Origin: Paracoccaceae bacterium
GTDB taxonomy: Bacteria; Pseudomonadota; Alphaproteobacteria; Rhodobacterales; Rhodobacteraceae
Assembly (NCBI GenBank): GCA_049446275.1
Contig: JBMTQO010000007.1
Location: forward strand, 2,286 to 66,285
Length of the DNA stretch: 64,000 nucleotides
Direction of reading: 5' to 3'
The translations under genes were made by a program, and so were the position numbers. Below are positions 40,655-51,878 of this stretch, piece by piece. Every line of letters begins with the position of its first letter. Positions within the stretch are counted from its first letter, which is position 1. The notes under the pieces are model-generated. The model was not told where the DNA came from. It did no database searches and worked only from the letters and a program-made list of their open reading frames with translations.

Positions 40655-41791
40655 GTGTCTAAAAAAGATTACTACGATGTGCTTGGGCTCGCGCGAGGTG
40701 CGTCAGCAGATGAGATCAAGAAAGCCTTTCGTAAAAAAGCCAAAGAACTTCATCCTGACCGCAATGCTGACAATCCAAACGCAGAAGCGCAATTCAAAGA
40801 AGCAAATGAAGCCTATGACGTTCTAAAGGACACGGACAAAAAGGCGGCCTACGATCGCTATGGCCATGCTGCATTTGAAGGTGGCATGGGTGGTGGTGGA
40901 GCACGCCCTGGCCAAGGCGATTTTTCAAGCGCGTTCTCAGATGTTTTCGACGATTTGTTTGGCGATTTTATGGGCGGAGGTCGAGGCGGCGGCCGCAACC
41001 GAGCGACACGTGGTGCAGATTTACGCTACAATCTGCGCATCAAATTGGAAGAAGCATACAACGGTTTGCAAAAAACGATCAATGTTCCAACATCTGTTGC
41101 CTGTGACGAGTGTAATGGCAGTGGTGCCGAAGGTGGTTCAGAACCAGCAACCTGTCCAACATGTGCAGGGATGGGTAAAGTACGCGCAACCCAAGGATTC
41201 TTCACAGTTGAACGTACCTGCCCAACATGTTCAGGTGCTGGTCAGATTATTAAAAATCCATGCAAATCCTGCCACGGTCAGGGCCGCAAAGAAAAAGATC
41301 GAGCACTTAGTGTGAACATCCCTGCTGGTGTCGAAACGGGCACACGCATTCGATTATCCGGTGAAGGCGAAGCAGGATTACGTGGTGGTAGCACAGGTGA
41401 TCTTTATATCTTCATAGAGGTGGATGAACATGAAATCTTCCAACGCGATAGCATAAATCTCTATTGCCGTGTCCCTGTTTCAATGGTGACTGCCGCACTG
41501 GGAGGCGACATCGATGTCCCATCAATCGACGGCGGCCGCAGCCGCGTCAAAGTGCCCATGGGTAGCCAATCTGGCCGTCAAATGCGCCTACGCGGCAAAG
41601 GTATGCCAGCGGTTCGCTCCAGTCAGACTGGAGATATGTTTATTGAATTGTCAGTGGAAACACCCGTCAATTTGACCAGTAAGCAAAAAGAACTGTTGCA
41701 AGAGTTCGAGGAACTTTCCGAAGAAAATAGCCCCGAAAGCTCAAACTTTTTCTCTTCTGTTAAATCCTTCTGGGATTCGATGAAAGGCTAA
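40655..41791 (+). CDS. dnaJ: Chaperone DnaJ
   Basis: J-domain HPD, G/F-rich region, four CxxCxGxG repeats. GTG start. Confidence 0.98.
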   Translation: MSKKDYYDVLGLARGASADEIKKAFRKKAKELHPDRNADNPNAEAQFKEANEAYDVLKDTDKKAAYDRYGHAAFEGGMGGGGARPGQGDFSSAFSDVFDDLFGDFMGGGRGGGRNRATRGADLRYNLRIKLEEAYNGLQKTINVPTSVACDECNGSGAEGGSEPATCPTCAGMGKVRATQGFFTVERTCPTCSGAGQIIKNPCKSCHGQGRKEKDRALSVNIPAGVETGTRIRLSGEGEAGLRGGSTGDLYIFIEVDEHEIFQRDSINLYCRVPVSMVTAALGGDIDVPSIDGGRSRVKVPMGSQSGRQMRLRGKGMPAVRSSQTGDMFIELSVETPVNLTSKQKELLQEFEELSEENSPESSNFFSSVKSFWDSMKG

Positions 41792-41810
41792 GTTCTCAAA
41801 AAACACAATG

Positions 41811-41834
41811 CTGGCCCAATTGGGCCAGTTTTTT
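41811..41834 (+). terminator. Intrinsic terminator after dnaJ
   Basis: Palindrome CTGGCCCAATTGGGCCAG followed by TTTTTT. Confidence 0.8.
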
Positions 41835-42029
41835 GATTTCAAAATTTTTATTACTTTTCACATTTTAGAAAGCAATCAAGTGTGAAAGCTCAGCCTCTTT
41901 CAAGACAAACTAATGTTCTGCTGCCAAACGCGCACTGCATTATTCAGCAAGTTGCGTGGCAATAATCATAGGTCACTCCGGCGGATAAAGACCCCATGAA
42001 ATATTTGTCCAACCAAAGTGTAAAATTCT

Positions 42030-43205
42030 TTAAAGTGTCTCGATTGCGATCGCGATTCCCTGACCCCCACCTATGCACATTGTGATCAGTCCTTTGCCAC
42101 CGCCGATGCGTTCAAGTTCGTAGAGCGCTTTGATTGTGATAATACACCCCGTTGCGCCAACAGGATGACCCAGTGCAATCGCACCGCCATTTGGGTTCAC
42201 TTTTGCGGGGTTAATTCCCAAACCTTTGTTCACGGCCAAGGCTTGTGCTGCAAATGCCTCGTTGCTCTCGATGACATCAAAATCACTTATCGATAGACCC
42301 GTTTTCGCCATCAAATTTTCTACCGCTGGAACGGGACCAATGCCCATCACCTCTGGACGGACGCCGGCATGTGCATACCCAAGAACGCGCGCGCGTGGTT
42401 TCAGTCCTGATTTTTCCGCAGCTGTTGCGGTTGCCAGAACAATCGCAGCAGCACCGTCATTGATGCCGCTTGCATTGCCTGCTGTGACAGAACCGTCCTG
42501 TTGGAAGACGGGTCGAAGTCCCGCCAACCCTTCGGCCGTTGTGGACTTTGGATGCTCATCGCGTAGAAATGGAACCATGTGTCGTTTGACTTTGACATTC
42601 ACAGGTGTGATTTGACTGTCAAAATATCCAGCCTCAATCGCCGCCGCAGCACGATTTTGCGATTCCAGTGCAAACGCATCTTGCGCCACACGTGAAATAT
42701 CGTGTTCTGCGGCTACATTTTCAGCAGTCACACCCATATGACCTGTGCCAAAGGGACAATTCAGTGCCCCCAGCATCATATCCAATGTGCGTATGTCACC
42801 CATCTTTGCACCCCATCGCTGATCCGGCACGATATAGGGCGAACGGCTCATATTCTCAGCACCACCTGCGAGAGCAAAATCAGCATCCCCCAGCACAAGC
42901 GCCTGAACCGCCGATACAATCGCCTGCGCACCTGATCCGCAAAGACGATTCACATTCATTGCGGGTGTGGTCTCTGGAATGCCAGCTTGCATGGCCGCGA
43001 CACGGCTTAGGTACATGTCTTTTGGCTCGGTATTAATCACATGACCGAATACAACCTGTCCAATTTGCCCACCTTCGACACCAGACCGTTCAAGCGCGGC
43101 TTTAGCAGCAACAGCGCCCAGTTCAATCGGGGGTGTTGTTGCCAGTGATCCACCAAACGTGCCGATTGCTGTCCGTGCTCCATCCAAAATAACGATATCG
43201 GTCAT
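42030..43205 (-). CDS. Acetyl-CoA C-acyltransferase (beta-ketothiolase, BktB-like)
   Basis: NRLCGSG, NEAFAAQ, GHPVGATG, MCIGGGQG. Confidence 0.93.
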   Translation of the reverse strand: MTDIVILDGARTAIGTFGGSLATTPPIELGAVAAKAALERSGVEGGQIGQVVFGHVINTEPKDMYLSRVAAMQAGIPETTPAMNVNRLCGSGAQAIVSAVQALVLGDADFALAGGAENMSRSPYIVPDQRWGAKMGDIRTLDMMLGALNCPFGTGHMGVTAENVAAEHDISRVAQDAFALESQNRAAAAIEAGYFDSQITPVNVKVKRHMVPFLRDEHPKSTTAEGLAGLRPVFQQDGSVTAGNASGINDGAAAIVLATATAAEKSGLKPRARVLGYAHAGVRPEVMGIGPVPAVENLMAKTGLSISDFDVIESNEAFAAQALAVNKGLGINPAKVNPNGGAIALGHPVGATGCIITIKALYELERIGGGKGLITMCIGGGQGIAIAIETL

Positions 43206-43327
43206 ATTCGCTCCTTCAATTTGATGTGCCCACTATGCTGAACTCATCCACAATGTCAGTTGGAACGTGTCGTCATATTTGGGCATTTTCTCCTTGTAAC
43301 TTACTACCTGTCATACAAATTAGAAGC

Positions 43328-44182
43328 ATGACCAAATCAATGTTTATATTCGGCGCGGGGTATACCGCAGGCTTTCTCTCAAAAATACTATCGGAACAGG
43401 GATGGACCGTTTATGGAACGACACGACGTCAAGAACGGTTTGATGAAATTGCAAAATCAGGCGCGCACCCCCTGTTGATCGATGATCCATCAGTATCAGT
43501 ACGGCTTAGATCTTGTTCACATGTGCTCATTTCAGCGGGACCTTCAGAAAATGGGGATCCAACATTAAATAAACATCGATCAGTATTTGTTTCGAATCAG
43601 TTTGATTGGGTTGGGTACCTGTCTACCACAGGTGTTTATGGAGGAACCGAAGGTGAATGGGTCGACGAAGACACTCCGCTACATCCTACCACGATACGCG
43701 GTCAGCAACGTAAATTGGCCGAGGAAGCCTGGTCTGAGGTACGAAATCTACCTCTACACGTGTTCAGATTGGCGGGAATTTACGGCCCGGGGCGCGGCCC
43801 ATTTTCCAAAGTGAAATCAGGCAAGGCTCAACGCATAATCAAAAAGGGTCAGGTTTTCAACCGTATCCATGTAGAAGACATTGTGCAGGTTCTATGCGCA
43901 TCTATCGCCGCGGGAACAAATGATGGTATATATAACGTGTGTGATGATTATCCTGCCCCGCCACAAGATGTAATTGGATATGCTGCCGAATTGCTTAGAC
44001 TACCCATTCCACCTGCAATCGCCTTTGATGATGCAAACCTAAGCCCTATGGGCAAAAGTTTTTATGCCGAAAACAAACGCGTCGCGAATGCACGCATTAA
44101 ATCAGAATTGGGAGTCGCACTGAAATATCCAGATTACAAAGCAGGTCTTGATGCGCTTGTCAGGTTAGAAGAAGGTCGCTAG
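43328..44182 (+). CDS. Atypical SDR / NAD-dependent epimerase family protein
   Basis: [34 protein letters not shown]. Start ATG 43328. Confidence 0.86.
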   Translation: MTKSMFIFGAGYTAGFLSKILSEQGWTVYGTTRRQERFDEIAKSGAHPLLIDDPSVSVRLRSCSHVLISAGPSENGDPTLNKHRSVFVSNQFDWVGYLSTTGVYGGTEGEWVDEDTPLHPTTIRGQQRKLAEEAWSEVRNLPLHVFRLAGIYGPGRGPFSKVKSGKAQRIIKKGQVFNRIHVEDIVQVLCASIAAGTNDGIYNVCDDYPAPPQDVIGYAAELLRLPIPPAIAFDDANLSPMGKSFYAENKRVANARIKSELGVALKYPDYKAGLDALVRLEEGR

Positions 44183-46107
44183 GCCTTCTTTGCTTCGATC
44201 ACATCGACACCTAATACCTGCAGCACCTTTTTCTCGATATCTGATGCGTTTAACCCTGCAATGTCATACATGGCTTTCGGGCTTGCCTGATCGATAAAGA
44301 CGTCAGGGAATTGCATCGTGCGCACCTTCAATCCTGTATCAAGTGCACCTTCATCGACAAGCAATTGTAGGACATGGCTGCCAAAACCGCCCACTGCACC
44401 TTCTTCAATCGTGATAATCGCGTTATGCGACGACGCAAGATTCATGATCATGTCACGGTCCAAGGGCTTTGCGAACCGCGCGTCGGCTATAGTAGGCTTT
44501 ATTCCAAGCACGCGCAGGCTTTCCGACGCTTTCTGAACCTCACCCAAGCGCGTCCCAAATGATAAAATGGCAACTCCAGAACCCTGTTGAACGATGCGCC
44601 CCTTACCGATTTCCAATCTTTCAGGCGTTTCAGGGATTTCTACGCCTTCTCCTTCACCTCTGGGATAGCGAAACGCGATTGGGCCATCATCATACGCGGC
44701 AGCAGTCGCCACCATATGTGTCAATTCCGCCTCATCTGCAGCAGCCATAACAACCATATTCGGCAAGTTCGCTAGATATGCAGTATCAAAGCTGCCTGCA
44801 TGTGTTGCACCATCAGCACCAACCAAACCCGCACGGTCAATTGCGAAACGCACAGGCAGATTTTGTAACGCAACATCATGCACAACCTGATCATATCCAC
44901 GCTGCAAGAACGTTGAATAAATGGCACAGAACGGGCGCAAACCGCCTGCGGCCAAAGCCGCCGCAAATGTCACACCGTGTTGTTCCGCAATCCCAACGTC
45001 AAAACAGCGGCTTGGATAGCGTTGCGCAAAAGTTGCAAGCCCTGTTCCATCAGGCATCGCTGCTGTCACAGTGCAGATGCGTGGATCAGCTGCCGCAGCG
45101 TTTAACAATGCATCCGAAAAAACAGAGGTATAACTGGGCGCATTCGAAGGTGATTTGACTTGTTTCCCCGTTAAAACATCAAACTTGGCCGTTGCATGAC
45201 CCTTATCCCGCGCGGCCTCCGCTGGGGCATACCCTTTGCCTTTTTTGGTGACAATATGTATCAAAACGGGCCCATCTGCGCGTGCTTTGACCGTGCGCAG
45301 AACGGGCAAAAGTTGGTTCATGTCGTGACCATCCAGTGGCCCGACATATGAAAAACCCAATGCCTCAAACAGGGTGCCGCCAACGGTCATCCCCTTGATC
45401 ATTTCCTTGGCACGTTTGGCCCCCTCACGGAAAGGTGCAGGTAAAAATCCAATGGCTCCACGCGCAACATCCCGCAGATCTTGTAGCGGAGCTTCTGCAT
45501 AAAGTTGTGATAGATAGGAGGACAAGGCACCAACAGGCGGCGCAATCGACATTTCATTATCGTTCAAAATAACGATCAGGCGCTTTTTCAAATGGCCTGC
45601 GTTGTTCATCGCCTCATAGGCCATGCCAGCGCTCATTGATCCATCACCGATCACGGCGATGGCATCACCATGCCCCGTATCGCAAGCACCGCCCAAATCG
45701 CGCGCTACCGCGAACCCAAGGGCGGCAGAAATCGATGTACTTGAATGCGCCGCGCCAAAAGGATCATACGCACTTTCGGCGCGTTTAGTAAATCCGCTGA
45801 GGCCATCTTGTTGGCGCAAGGTGCGGATACGATCTCGACGACCTGTCAGGATTTTGTGTGGATAGGCCTGATGACTGACGTCCCAGATGATTTTATCGCG
45901 CGGGCTATCAAAGATCGCATGAAGCGCAACCGTTAGTTCAACTACGCCCAATCCAGCCCCCAAATGCCCACCTGTTTCAGAAACGGCAGAAATGGTTTCC
46001 TGGCGCAATTCTTCGGCTACTTGTTTTAGGTCTGCATCTGAAAAACGCTTCAGGTCTTCGGGCAACTGCACCCGATCAAGCAGTGGAGTATTCGGACGAT
46101 GTGACAT
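44179..46107 (-). CDS. dxs: 1-deoxy-D-xylulose-5-phosphate synthase
   Basis: [15 protein letters not shown]...[28 protein letters not shown]. Confidence 0.97.
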   Translation of the reverse strand: MSHRPNTPLLDRVQLPEDLKRFSDADLKQVAEELRQETISAVSETGGHLGAGLGVVELTVALHAIFDSPRDKIIWDVSHQAYPHKILTGRRDRIRTLRQQDGLSGFTKRAESAYDPFGAAHSSTSISAALGFAVARDLGGACDTGHGDAIAVIGDGSMSAGMAYEAMNNAGHLKKRLIVILNDNEMSIAPPVGALSSYLSQLYAEAPLQDLRDVARGAIGFLPAPFREGAKRAKEMIKGMTVGGTLFEALGFSYVGPLDGHDMNQLLPVLRTVKARADGPVLIHIVTKKGKGYAPAEAARDKGHATAKFDVLTGKQVKSPSNAPSYTSVFSDALLNAAAADPRICTVTAAMPDGTGLATFAQRYPSRCFDVGIAEQHGVTFAAALAAGGLRPFCAIYSTFLQRGYDQVVHDVALQNLPVRFAIDRAGLVGADGATHAGSFDTAYLANLPNMVVMAAADEAELTHMVATAAAYDDGPIAFRYPRGEGEGVEIPETPERLEIGKGRIVQQGSGVAILSFGTRLGEVQKASESLRVLGIKPTIADARFAKPLDRDMIMNLASSHNAIITIEEGAVGGFGSHVLQLLVDEGALDTGLKVRTMQFPDVFIDQASPKAMYDIAGLNASDIEKKVLQVLGVDVIEAKKA

Positions 46108-46127
46108 AAAACAAAAGGCGCCTTGGG

Positions 46128-46997
46128 TTAATTTTCCCGAGAAATAGCGAAGCGCGCAACATCCTGCAAGTTTTGCGCCTTATTTCCATAACATGAAATA
46201 GCCTCTTCCGCCTGCTCAACAAGGGCGCGTGCTCGTTGCTTCGCACCGCGCAAACCAAGTAAGGAAACAAATGTGGCCTTGCCTGCATCGGCATCTTTAT
46301 TCAAACGCTTACCCGTTTTGGCCTCATCTCCTTCTACATCCAGGATGTCATCGGCGATTTGAAATGCCAGACCAACGGCTTGAGCGTAAGTTGAAAGGGG
46401 CATAATATCAACGCCAGCCATGATCGCACCACTGATCGCAGACCATTCAATTAATGCACCTGTTTTTCCATTTTGTAGGTGTTCAATTTGCTTGAGCGTC
46501 AGGGGTGTTTCCGCGGTTTCCGCAGCAATATCCAACGCCTGCCCTAAGACCATTCCATGTGCGCCGGAAGCCTTTGCCAATGTTTTGGCCAGTTCGGCAC
46601 GCACATCCGGCGAACCTGCATGAACGTTCAAGACTAGTTCAAACCCCATCGTTTGGAGCGCATCACCAGCAAGCACTGCTGTTGCTTCGTCCCATGCCTT
46701 GTGCACAGTTGGACGCCCACGGCGCATATCATCATTGTCCATGCAAGGCATATCATCATGTACCAAAGAATATGCATGCAATGCCTCTATCGCCGTTGCG
46801 GGCCAAATCGACTGTTCGATTGTAATACCGAACATAGCAGCACTTTCGATAACCATATAGGCCCTCATGCGTTTGCCGCCCTGAACAGCGTAACGCATTG
46901 CATCAACAACTGGCTGTTGTGCATATGTATCAAGATATGCGTTTAAATGCGCCTCAACCGTGAGGGCATTCGCAGAAATGCGTTCGTAAAAATCCAT
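46128..46997 (-). CDS. ispA: Farnesyl diphosphate synthase
   Basis: [31 protein letters not shown]. Confidence 0.95.
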   Translation of the reverse strand: MDFYERISANALTVEAHLNAYLDTYAQQPVVDAMRYAVQGGKRMRAYMVIESAAMFGITIEQSIWPATAIEALHAYSLVHDDMPCMDNDDMRRGRPTVHKAWDEATAVLAGDALQTMGFELVLNVHAGSPDVRAELAKTLAKASGAHGMVLGQALDIAAETAETPLTLKQIEHLQNGKTGALIEWSAISGAIMAGVDIMPLSTYAQAVGLAFQIADDILDVEGDEAKTGKRLNKDADAGKATFVSLLGLRGAKQRARALVEQAEEAISCYGNKAQNLQDVARFAISREN

Positions 46998-47239
46998 CAC
47001 GCACCATCAAGCGGAGTGGTACCTGTCGGTGTGCCAGTCGCATCTAATGTGATGGCGGCTACTTTTTCTTCAGCTTCCTTCAATTTCGCTTCGCAGCGCT
47101 TTTTCAGAAATGCACCACGTTCATAAAGTGCGATCGACTGATCCAATGCTACGTCACCACGTTCAAGTTGCCCGACAACGCGCTCCAGTTCGGACATTGC
47201 TTGTTCAAATGTCATTTCTTCGACGGGTGTTTCACTCAT
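46997..47239 (-). CDS. xseB: Exodeoxyribonuclease VII small subunit
   Basis: FEQAMSELE..V..LE.G...LDQSI..YERG; xseB-ispA-dxs order. Confidence 0.95.
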   Translation of the reverse strand: MSETPVEEMTFEQAMSELERVVGQLERGDVALDQSIALYERGAFLKKRCEAKLKEAEEKVAAITLDATGTPTGTTPLDGA

Positions 47240-48162
47240 TTGGGGGCCTCGATCAATTCGTTCACAAACACCTTAGCGGATGCTGCCAAGGCCCGTAAAT
47301 CATAACCGCCTTCCAGAACAGACACCAGACGCCCCTGACATATTTCGTGCGCCACTGCACATAATTCATGCCCCAACCATTGGAAATCTTCGGTTTCCCA
47401 ATTCAGTTGCGCCAATGGATCATCCCTATGGGCATCAAAACCCGCTGAAACCAAAATGAGCTCTGGTGCGAAATCACGCAGCCGAGGAAACACGTTCTGT
47501 GTATATACTGACCGCATTGCAGCACCGTCGGCTTCAGGTTCAAATGGGATATTCAATACGTTGTTGTATTCACCCGTTTCAGTCGCAGCACCCGTCCCCG
47601 GCCACAAAGGCATTTGTTGCGATGTAATAGTGAGCGCGCGGGATTCGTCCCAAAGAATATCTTGCGTCCCGTTACCGTGGTGCACATCAAAATCAACAAC
47701 TGCAACCCGTTTCAGGCCATGATAATCCAAGGCATGTTTTGCGCCCAGGGCCACGTTTCCGAATAGACAAAAGCCCATCGCCATTGCGGTTTCTGCATGA
47801 TGTCCAGGCGGACGCACTGCCACAAACGCATTCTTTGCCTCGCCGTTCAGAACCATATCGATAGCACGCAATGTTCCACCAGCCGCGCGATACGCCGCGT
47901 CGACTGATCCAGGCGACATGTGCGTATCTGCATCAACCTGATACGTCCCCGAATCTGGTCGCATCCGTTTGATTTCATCGATGTATGACTTTGGGTGAAT
48001 ACGCAGCAAATCATCGTCTGCTGCCATTGGAGCAGTGACGCGTTTTAAATCCAGTGGTGCGAGAGCATGCAAAACATGTTCCAGACGGGCAACCTGTTCA
48101 GGATGACCAGCAGGTGTATCATGATCCAAACAATCCGCGTGAGTGATCAAGGCGGTTTTCAT
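47236..48162 (-). CDS. Histone deacetylase family amidohydrolase
   Basis: HPE...RL, RPPGHHA, GFC.F.N, DFDVHHGNGT, SAGFDAH, LEGGY. Confidence 0.93.
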   Translation of the reverse strand: MKTALITHADCLDHDTPAGHPEQVARLEHVLHALAPLDLKRVTAPMAADDDLLRIHPKSYIDEIKRMRPDSGTYQVDADTHMSPGSVDAAYRAAGGTLRAIDMVLNGEAKNAFVAVRPPGHHAETAMAMGFCLFGNVALGAKHALDYHGLKRVAVVDFDVHHGNGTQDILWDESRALTITSQQMPLWPGTGAATETGEYNNVLNIPFEPEADGAAMRSVYTQNVFPRLRDFAPELILVSAGFDAHRDDPLAQLNWETEDFQWLGHELCAVAHEICQGRLVSVLEGGYDLRALAASAKVFVNELIEAPK

Positions 48163-48179
48163 AAAGGCCCCGGCCCTGC

Positions 48180-49421
48180 TCAGCTAGGGGACATGCCGCG
48201 CAACCGTTCAGAGCGGCGACGCAACAGTTCAACAACCGTCAGAAGCGCAATAGAAATAATCACAAGGATCGTAGCAACTGCAAGAATCGTAGGGGAAATC
48301 TGTTCACGGATACCTGAGAACATTTGACGCGGAATGGTTCGTTGTCGCACGTCGGCAAGTTGCAGCACTGCGACAACTTCGTCAAATGAAGTGATAAACG
48401 CGAATAGCGCGCCCGAAATCACACCCGGCAAAATAAGAGGCATCTGCACTTTGAAAAACGTACGTATAGGTCCCGCACCCATGTTCGCGCTGGCGCGTGT
48501 TAGTGATTTATCAAACCCTGATAGGGTCGCCGTGACCGTGATAATGACAAAAGGCGTCCCCAATACAGCATGCGCAAGGATGATACCCCAATAGGTTTTG
48601 ACCAAATTTATGTCAGCGAAGAAGAATGCCAACCCCGAAGCGGTAATAACCAATGGCACAATCATAGGCGAAATCAACAGCGCCATAATCGGGCGGCGCC
48701 ATGGCATATCGCTCGAAGCTAGGCCAATGGCAGCGAGTGTCCCAAGGGAAGTCGACAGGATGGTTGCCAAAATTCCAATGTAAAATGAGTTTCGGATTGA
48801 ACGCACCCATTGCGCATTGTTCCAAACATCCGACCACCAGCCTGTGATCGCCTCGGGATCCACCATGCCGTTTTGCAAAATATCCCAATACCAGCGTGCC
48901 GAAAACGCTGCAGGGTCTAGTGCCAGCATACCTGGCGTGAAACTAAAATATGGCTCTTGGTTAAACGACAACGGAATTAGAATAATGATTGGTGTGATCA
49001 AGAACACAAATATTGCGCCACAGATTGTCCTGAATGTATAAAACCAGAGAACTTCTTTTGAAGTCGCATAGGGTGGTAGCGGCAAGCGATAGCGGCCGCT
49101 ATCCAGCCACAAAACCATGCGTCCAATAACAAATCCCCAGAGAGCCATGAGCACACCAAATGGGAAGCTGATCAAACCACTGCCCACAGCTAAAAAGACG
49201 AGGACACCGACCCAACCGGACAAACCACGCCCAACGCCCGACTTCAAGAGCGCTAGTCCAAACACCGAAAACAACAATGATCCGACAACCAAATATAGTG
49301 GCATCAGCACTACATCACCTTGGGCCGTCAAAAGCCCTGTGAGCGCCCCAAAACCGCCGATAATGCCCAGAGTAAAACCAAGCGGTGGCTGAGGGGGTAT
49401 GTATTTATATTGACCTGACAT
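48180..49421 (-). CDS. Polyamine-type ABC permease (PotC-like) with extra N-terminal TM segments
   Basis: ISPMIVP, LTRASANMGA EAA-like loop, FITSFDEVV. Confidence 0.87.
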   Translation of the reverse strand: MSGQYKYIPPQPPLGFTLGIIGGFGALTGLLTAQGDVVLMPLYLVVGSLLFSVFGLALLKSGVGRGLSGWVGVLVFLAVGSGLISFPFGVLMALWGFVIGRMVLWLDSGRYRLPLPPYATSKEVLWFYTFRTICGAIFVFLITPIIILIPLSFNQEPYFSFTPGMLALDPAAFSARWYWDILQNGMVDPEAITGWWSDVWNNAQWVRSIRNSFYIGILATILSTSLGTLAAIGLASSDMPWRRPIMALLISPMIVPLVITASGLAFFFADINLVKTYWGIILAHAVLGTPFVIITVTATLSGFDKSLTRASANMGAGPIRTFFKVQMPLILPGVISGALFAFITSFDEVVAVLQLADVRQRTIPRQMFSGIREQISPTILAVATILVIISIALLTVVELLRRRSERLRGMSPS

Positions 49422-49424
49422 CAC

Positions 49425-50675
49425 CTAACCCAATTTCATATTATCAATGCCGACAATGCGGTCATAAATCCAGAACATGAACAACACAAACACAAGCATC
49501 ACCAAACCCATGGCCGCAGCTAGGTTCCAGTTCAATGACTTACGCATATGGAAGTCGATGAAGTTTGAAATCATCTGACCATCCTGGCCACCAACCAATG
49601 CGGGCGTGATGTAGTAACCGATTGCCAGGATGAATACCAACAACGCACCTGCTCCAATCCCAGGAACGGTCTGTGGGAAATAAACACGCCAGAATGCTGT
49701 CCAATTCGTGGCACCCATTGATTTTGCAGCGCGCACATAACTGGGTGGGATGGTTTTCATCACGGAATATAGAGGCAAAATCATAAACGGCAAAAGGATA
49801 TGCGTCATCGCGATTAAGGTACCGGTTTTGTTGTAAATCAGACTAAACCGATCTTCATCTGTAGCCAAACCAAAGACAACAAAGAGGTCATTCATAACAC
49901 CCTGCGCCTGCAACATTGCGATCCACGCCGTCGTTCGAACCAAAAGAGACGTCCAAAACGGCAGAAGAACAAGAATAAGCAACAGGTTAGAGGTACGCGT
50001 AGGCAGTGTCGATAGCATGTAGGCCACGGGATAGCCCAGCAGGAAACAAAACACTGTGACAAGAAACGAAATCTCGAGCGTTCGCCAAAACAGGATCACA
50101 TGAATACGACGCTCCTCCTCTTGTCGAACGATCGTGCCGTCAGCTAACATCTTTAGATCCACAGCAGCTGCCAGATAGGCGGGCGTATAAATGCGGGAAG
50201 CCGTTTTCATGGCCTGCCACACCTCAATATCACCCCAATCTTTATCTTTCTTGATTAGGGCTTCCATGAATGGTGCTTCCATTTTTTTGGCAGAGCGAGC
50301 GGTTTTGGTGAACAAACTGCGTGTTCCAGACATTTCACGGTTAACACGCGTTGCAACCTTGCCAATGGTCTTTTCTTCTTTCGCCACCACCAAATCAGCA
50401 ACCAACATTGCCGCCATTTCTTCGGTGGGCTCGCTAACTGCATCCCAATCTTTTAGTACTTCCGTCGTTCCTGGCATCAATGTCGCAAAGCGCTCATCGT
50501 AAAAAGCTTGGGTCAAAAAATTCGCAATCGGGTAAACAAACAACACCAAAATGAAGGCCAACAGTGGAAAGGCCAAACCAAATGCACGTGCTCGCGATCT
50601 TATCAAAGACTGCGCTAACTTGCGTTTCAGCGGTGTTCCATCAGCGGCGACAATGGGTATTGTGGTATCAGACAT
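49425..50675 (-). CDS. Polyamine-type ABC permease (PotB-like) with periplasmic insertion
   Basis: LLPFWTSLLVRT, LPFMILPLY, YVRAAKSMGA. Confidence 0.88.
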   Translation of the reverse strand: MSDTTIPIVAADGTPLKRKLAQSLIRSRARAFGLAFPLLAFILVLFVYPIANFLTQAFYDERFATLMPGTTEVLKDWDAVSEPTEEMAAMLVADLVVAKEEKTIGKVATRVNREMSGTRSLFTKTARSAKKMEAPFMEALIKKDKDWGDIEVWQAMKTASRIYTPAYLAAAVDLKMLADGTIVRQEEERRIHVILFWRTLEISFLVTVFCFLLGYPVAYMLSTLPTRTSNLLLILVLLPFWTSLLVRTTAWIAMLQAQGVMNDLFVVFGLATDEDRFSLIYNKTGTLIAMTHILLPFMILPLYSVMKTIPPSYVRAAKSMGATNWTAFWRVYFPQTVPGIGAGALLVFILAIGYYITPALVGGQDGQMISNFIDFHMRKSLNWNLAAAMGLVMLVFVLFMFWIYDRIVGIDNMKLG

Positions 50676-50685
50676 TTTTTATCCA

Positions 50686-50720
50686 AAAATAGAAAGGGTG
50701 CGCGAAAGCCTCGCGCACCC
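50686..50720 (-). terminator. Hairpin/terminator after the substrate-binding gene
   Basis: 10-bp stem GGGTGCGCGA/TCGCGCACCC, followed by TTTCTATTTT on the minus strand. Confidence 0.65.
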
Positions 50721-50729
50721 AAGTCGTGA

Positions 50730-51812
50730 TTAGTTTGCCAACCATGCGTTGAAACGTTCGTTCAACTCGTCTTGGTTGTCCGCCCAGAATTCAAAATCAT
50801 TTGAAATCGCTGTTGCGAAGTTTTCTGGTGAAGTTGGCATCTGTGGACCCATTGCTAGGCTTGCGTTTGAGTGGTACGCACCAACCAACGGCGCGGATGA
50901 TTTACGCGCTGGGCCATATGAAATGTATGATGCTTGCGCTGCCAGCTGTTCAGTCTCTGTTGAGAACTTCAAGAAGTCCATTGCCAAGTCTGCATTTGGT
51001 GCACCTTTAACAATTGCCCACATGTCAACGTCAAAAACCTGTGCGTCCCAAACGATTTCAAATGGCTTATTTTCTGATGCAACCGCGTTGAATATACGGC
51101 CGTTGTATGCTGTTGTCATTGCGACTTCGCCATCCGCTAGCAATTGTGGAGGCTGCGCACCAGCTTCCCACCAGACAACGCTGTCTTTGATCGTATCTAG
51201 TTTCGCAAACGCACGATCAACACCTTCATCTGTACCTAGAACTTCATAGATATCAGCTGCTGCAACGCCATCCGCTGCAAGCGCCATTTCTAGGTTCGCT
51301 TTTGGTGACTTACGCAGACCACGCTTGCCTGGGAAGGCATCAAGGTCAAAGAAGTCGCCGATAGATGTTGGGCCATTTGCTATGACAGAGGAATCATACG
51401 CGAAAATTGTTGACCAAACGATATTTGCAACAGCGCAATCTGTGAATGATCCAGGAATGAAATCATCAGCCGCAGCCGAACCATCCGCACCATTTGGCAA
51501 TGATGAATGGTCAATTTCCATGAATAGACCTTCGTCACACCCACGAACGGCGTCTGACTTTTCCACGTCAATGATATCCCAGGTTACTGAACCGGACTCA
51601 ACCTGTGCTTTGACTTCTGCCAAACCACCTGAATAGTCTTCTGATACAACTGTGTTACCAGTCGCGGCTGTCCAAGGCTTGTGATACGCCTCAACCTGCG
51701 ATTTTGTGTATGCACCACCCCAAGAAACGGCAGTGATGGAACCTTCGGCAAATGCAGTACCTGCGCTGATCGCAAGAACGCTTGCCGTTGTTAATGACAT
51801 GATAGTTTTCAT
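50730..51812 (-). CDS. ABC substrate-binding protein (PotD/PotF-like family)
   Basis: Signal peptide, SWGGAY..SQ, FPGKR.L, LE.AL.ADG, QLLADGEV. Confidence 0.88.
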   Translation of the reverse strand: MKTIMSLTTASVLAISAGTAFAEGSITAVSWGGAYTKSQVEAYHKPWTAATGNTVVSEDYSGGLAEVKAQVESGSVTWDIIDVEKSDAVRGCDEGLFMEIDHSSLPNGADGSAAADDFIPGSFTDCAVANIVWSTIFAYDSSVIANGPTSIGDFFDLDAFPGKRGLRKSPKANLEMALAADGVAAADIYEVLGTDEGVDRAFAKLDTIKDSVVWWEAGAQPPQLLADGEVAMTTAYNGRIFNAVASENKPFEIVWDAQVFDVDMWAIVKGAPNADLAMDFLKFSTETEQLAAQASYISYGPARKSSAPLVGAYHSNASLAMGPQMPTSPENFATAISNDFEFWADNQDELNERFNAWLAN

Positions 51813-51878
51813 TATTTTCTCCCAGTTGGTTTACACGCCCACGCACAACACGAGGGCAATTTCAAAATGCTCAGATAA

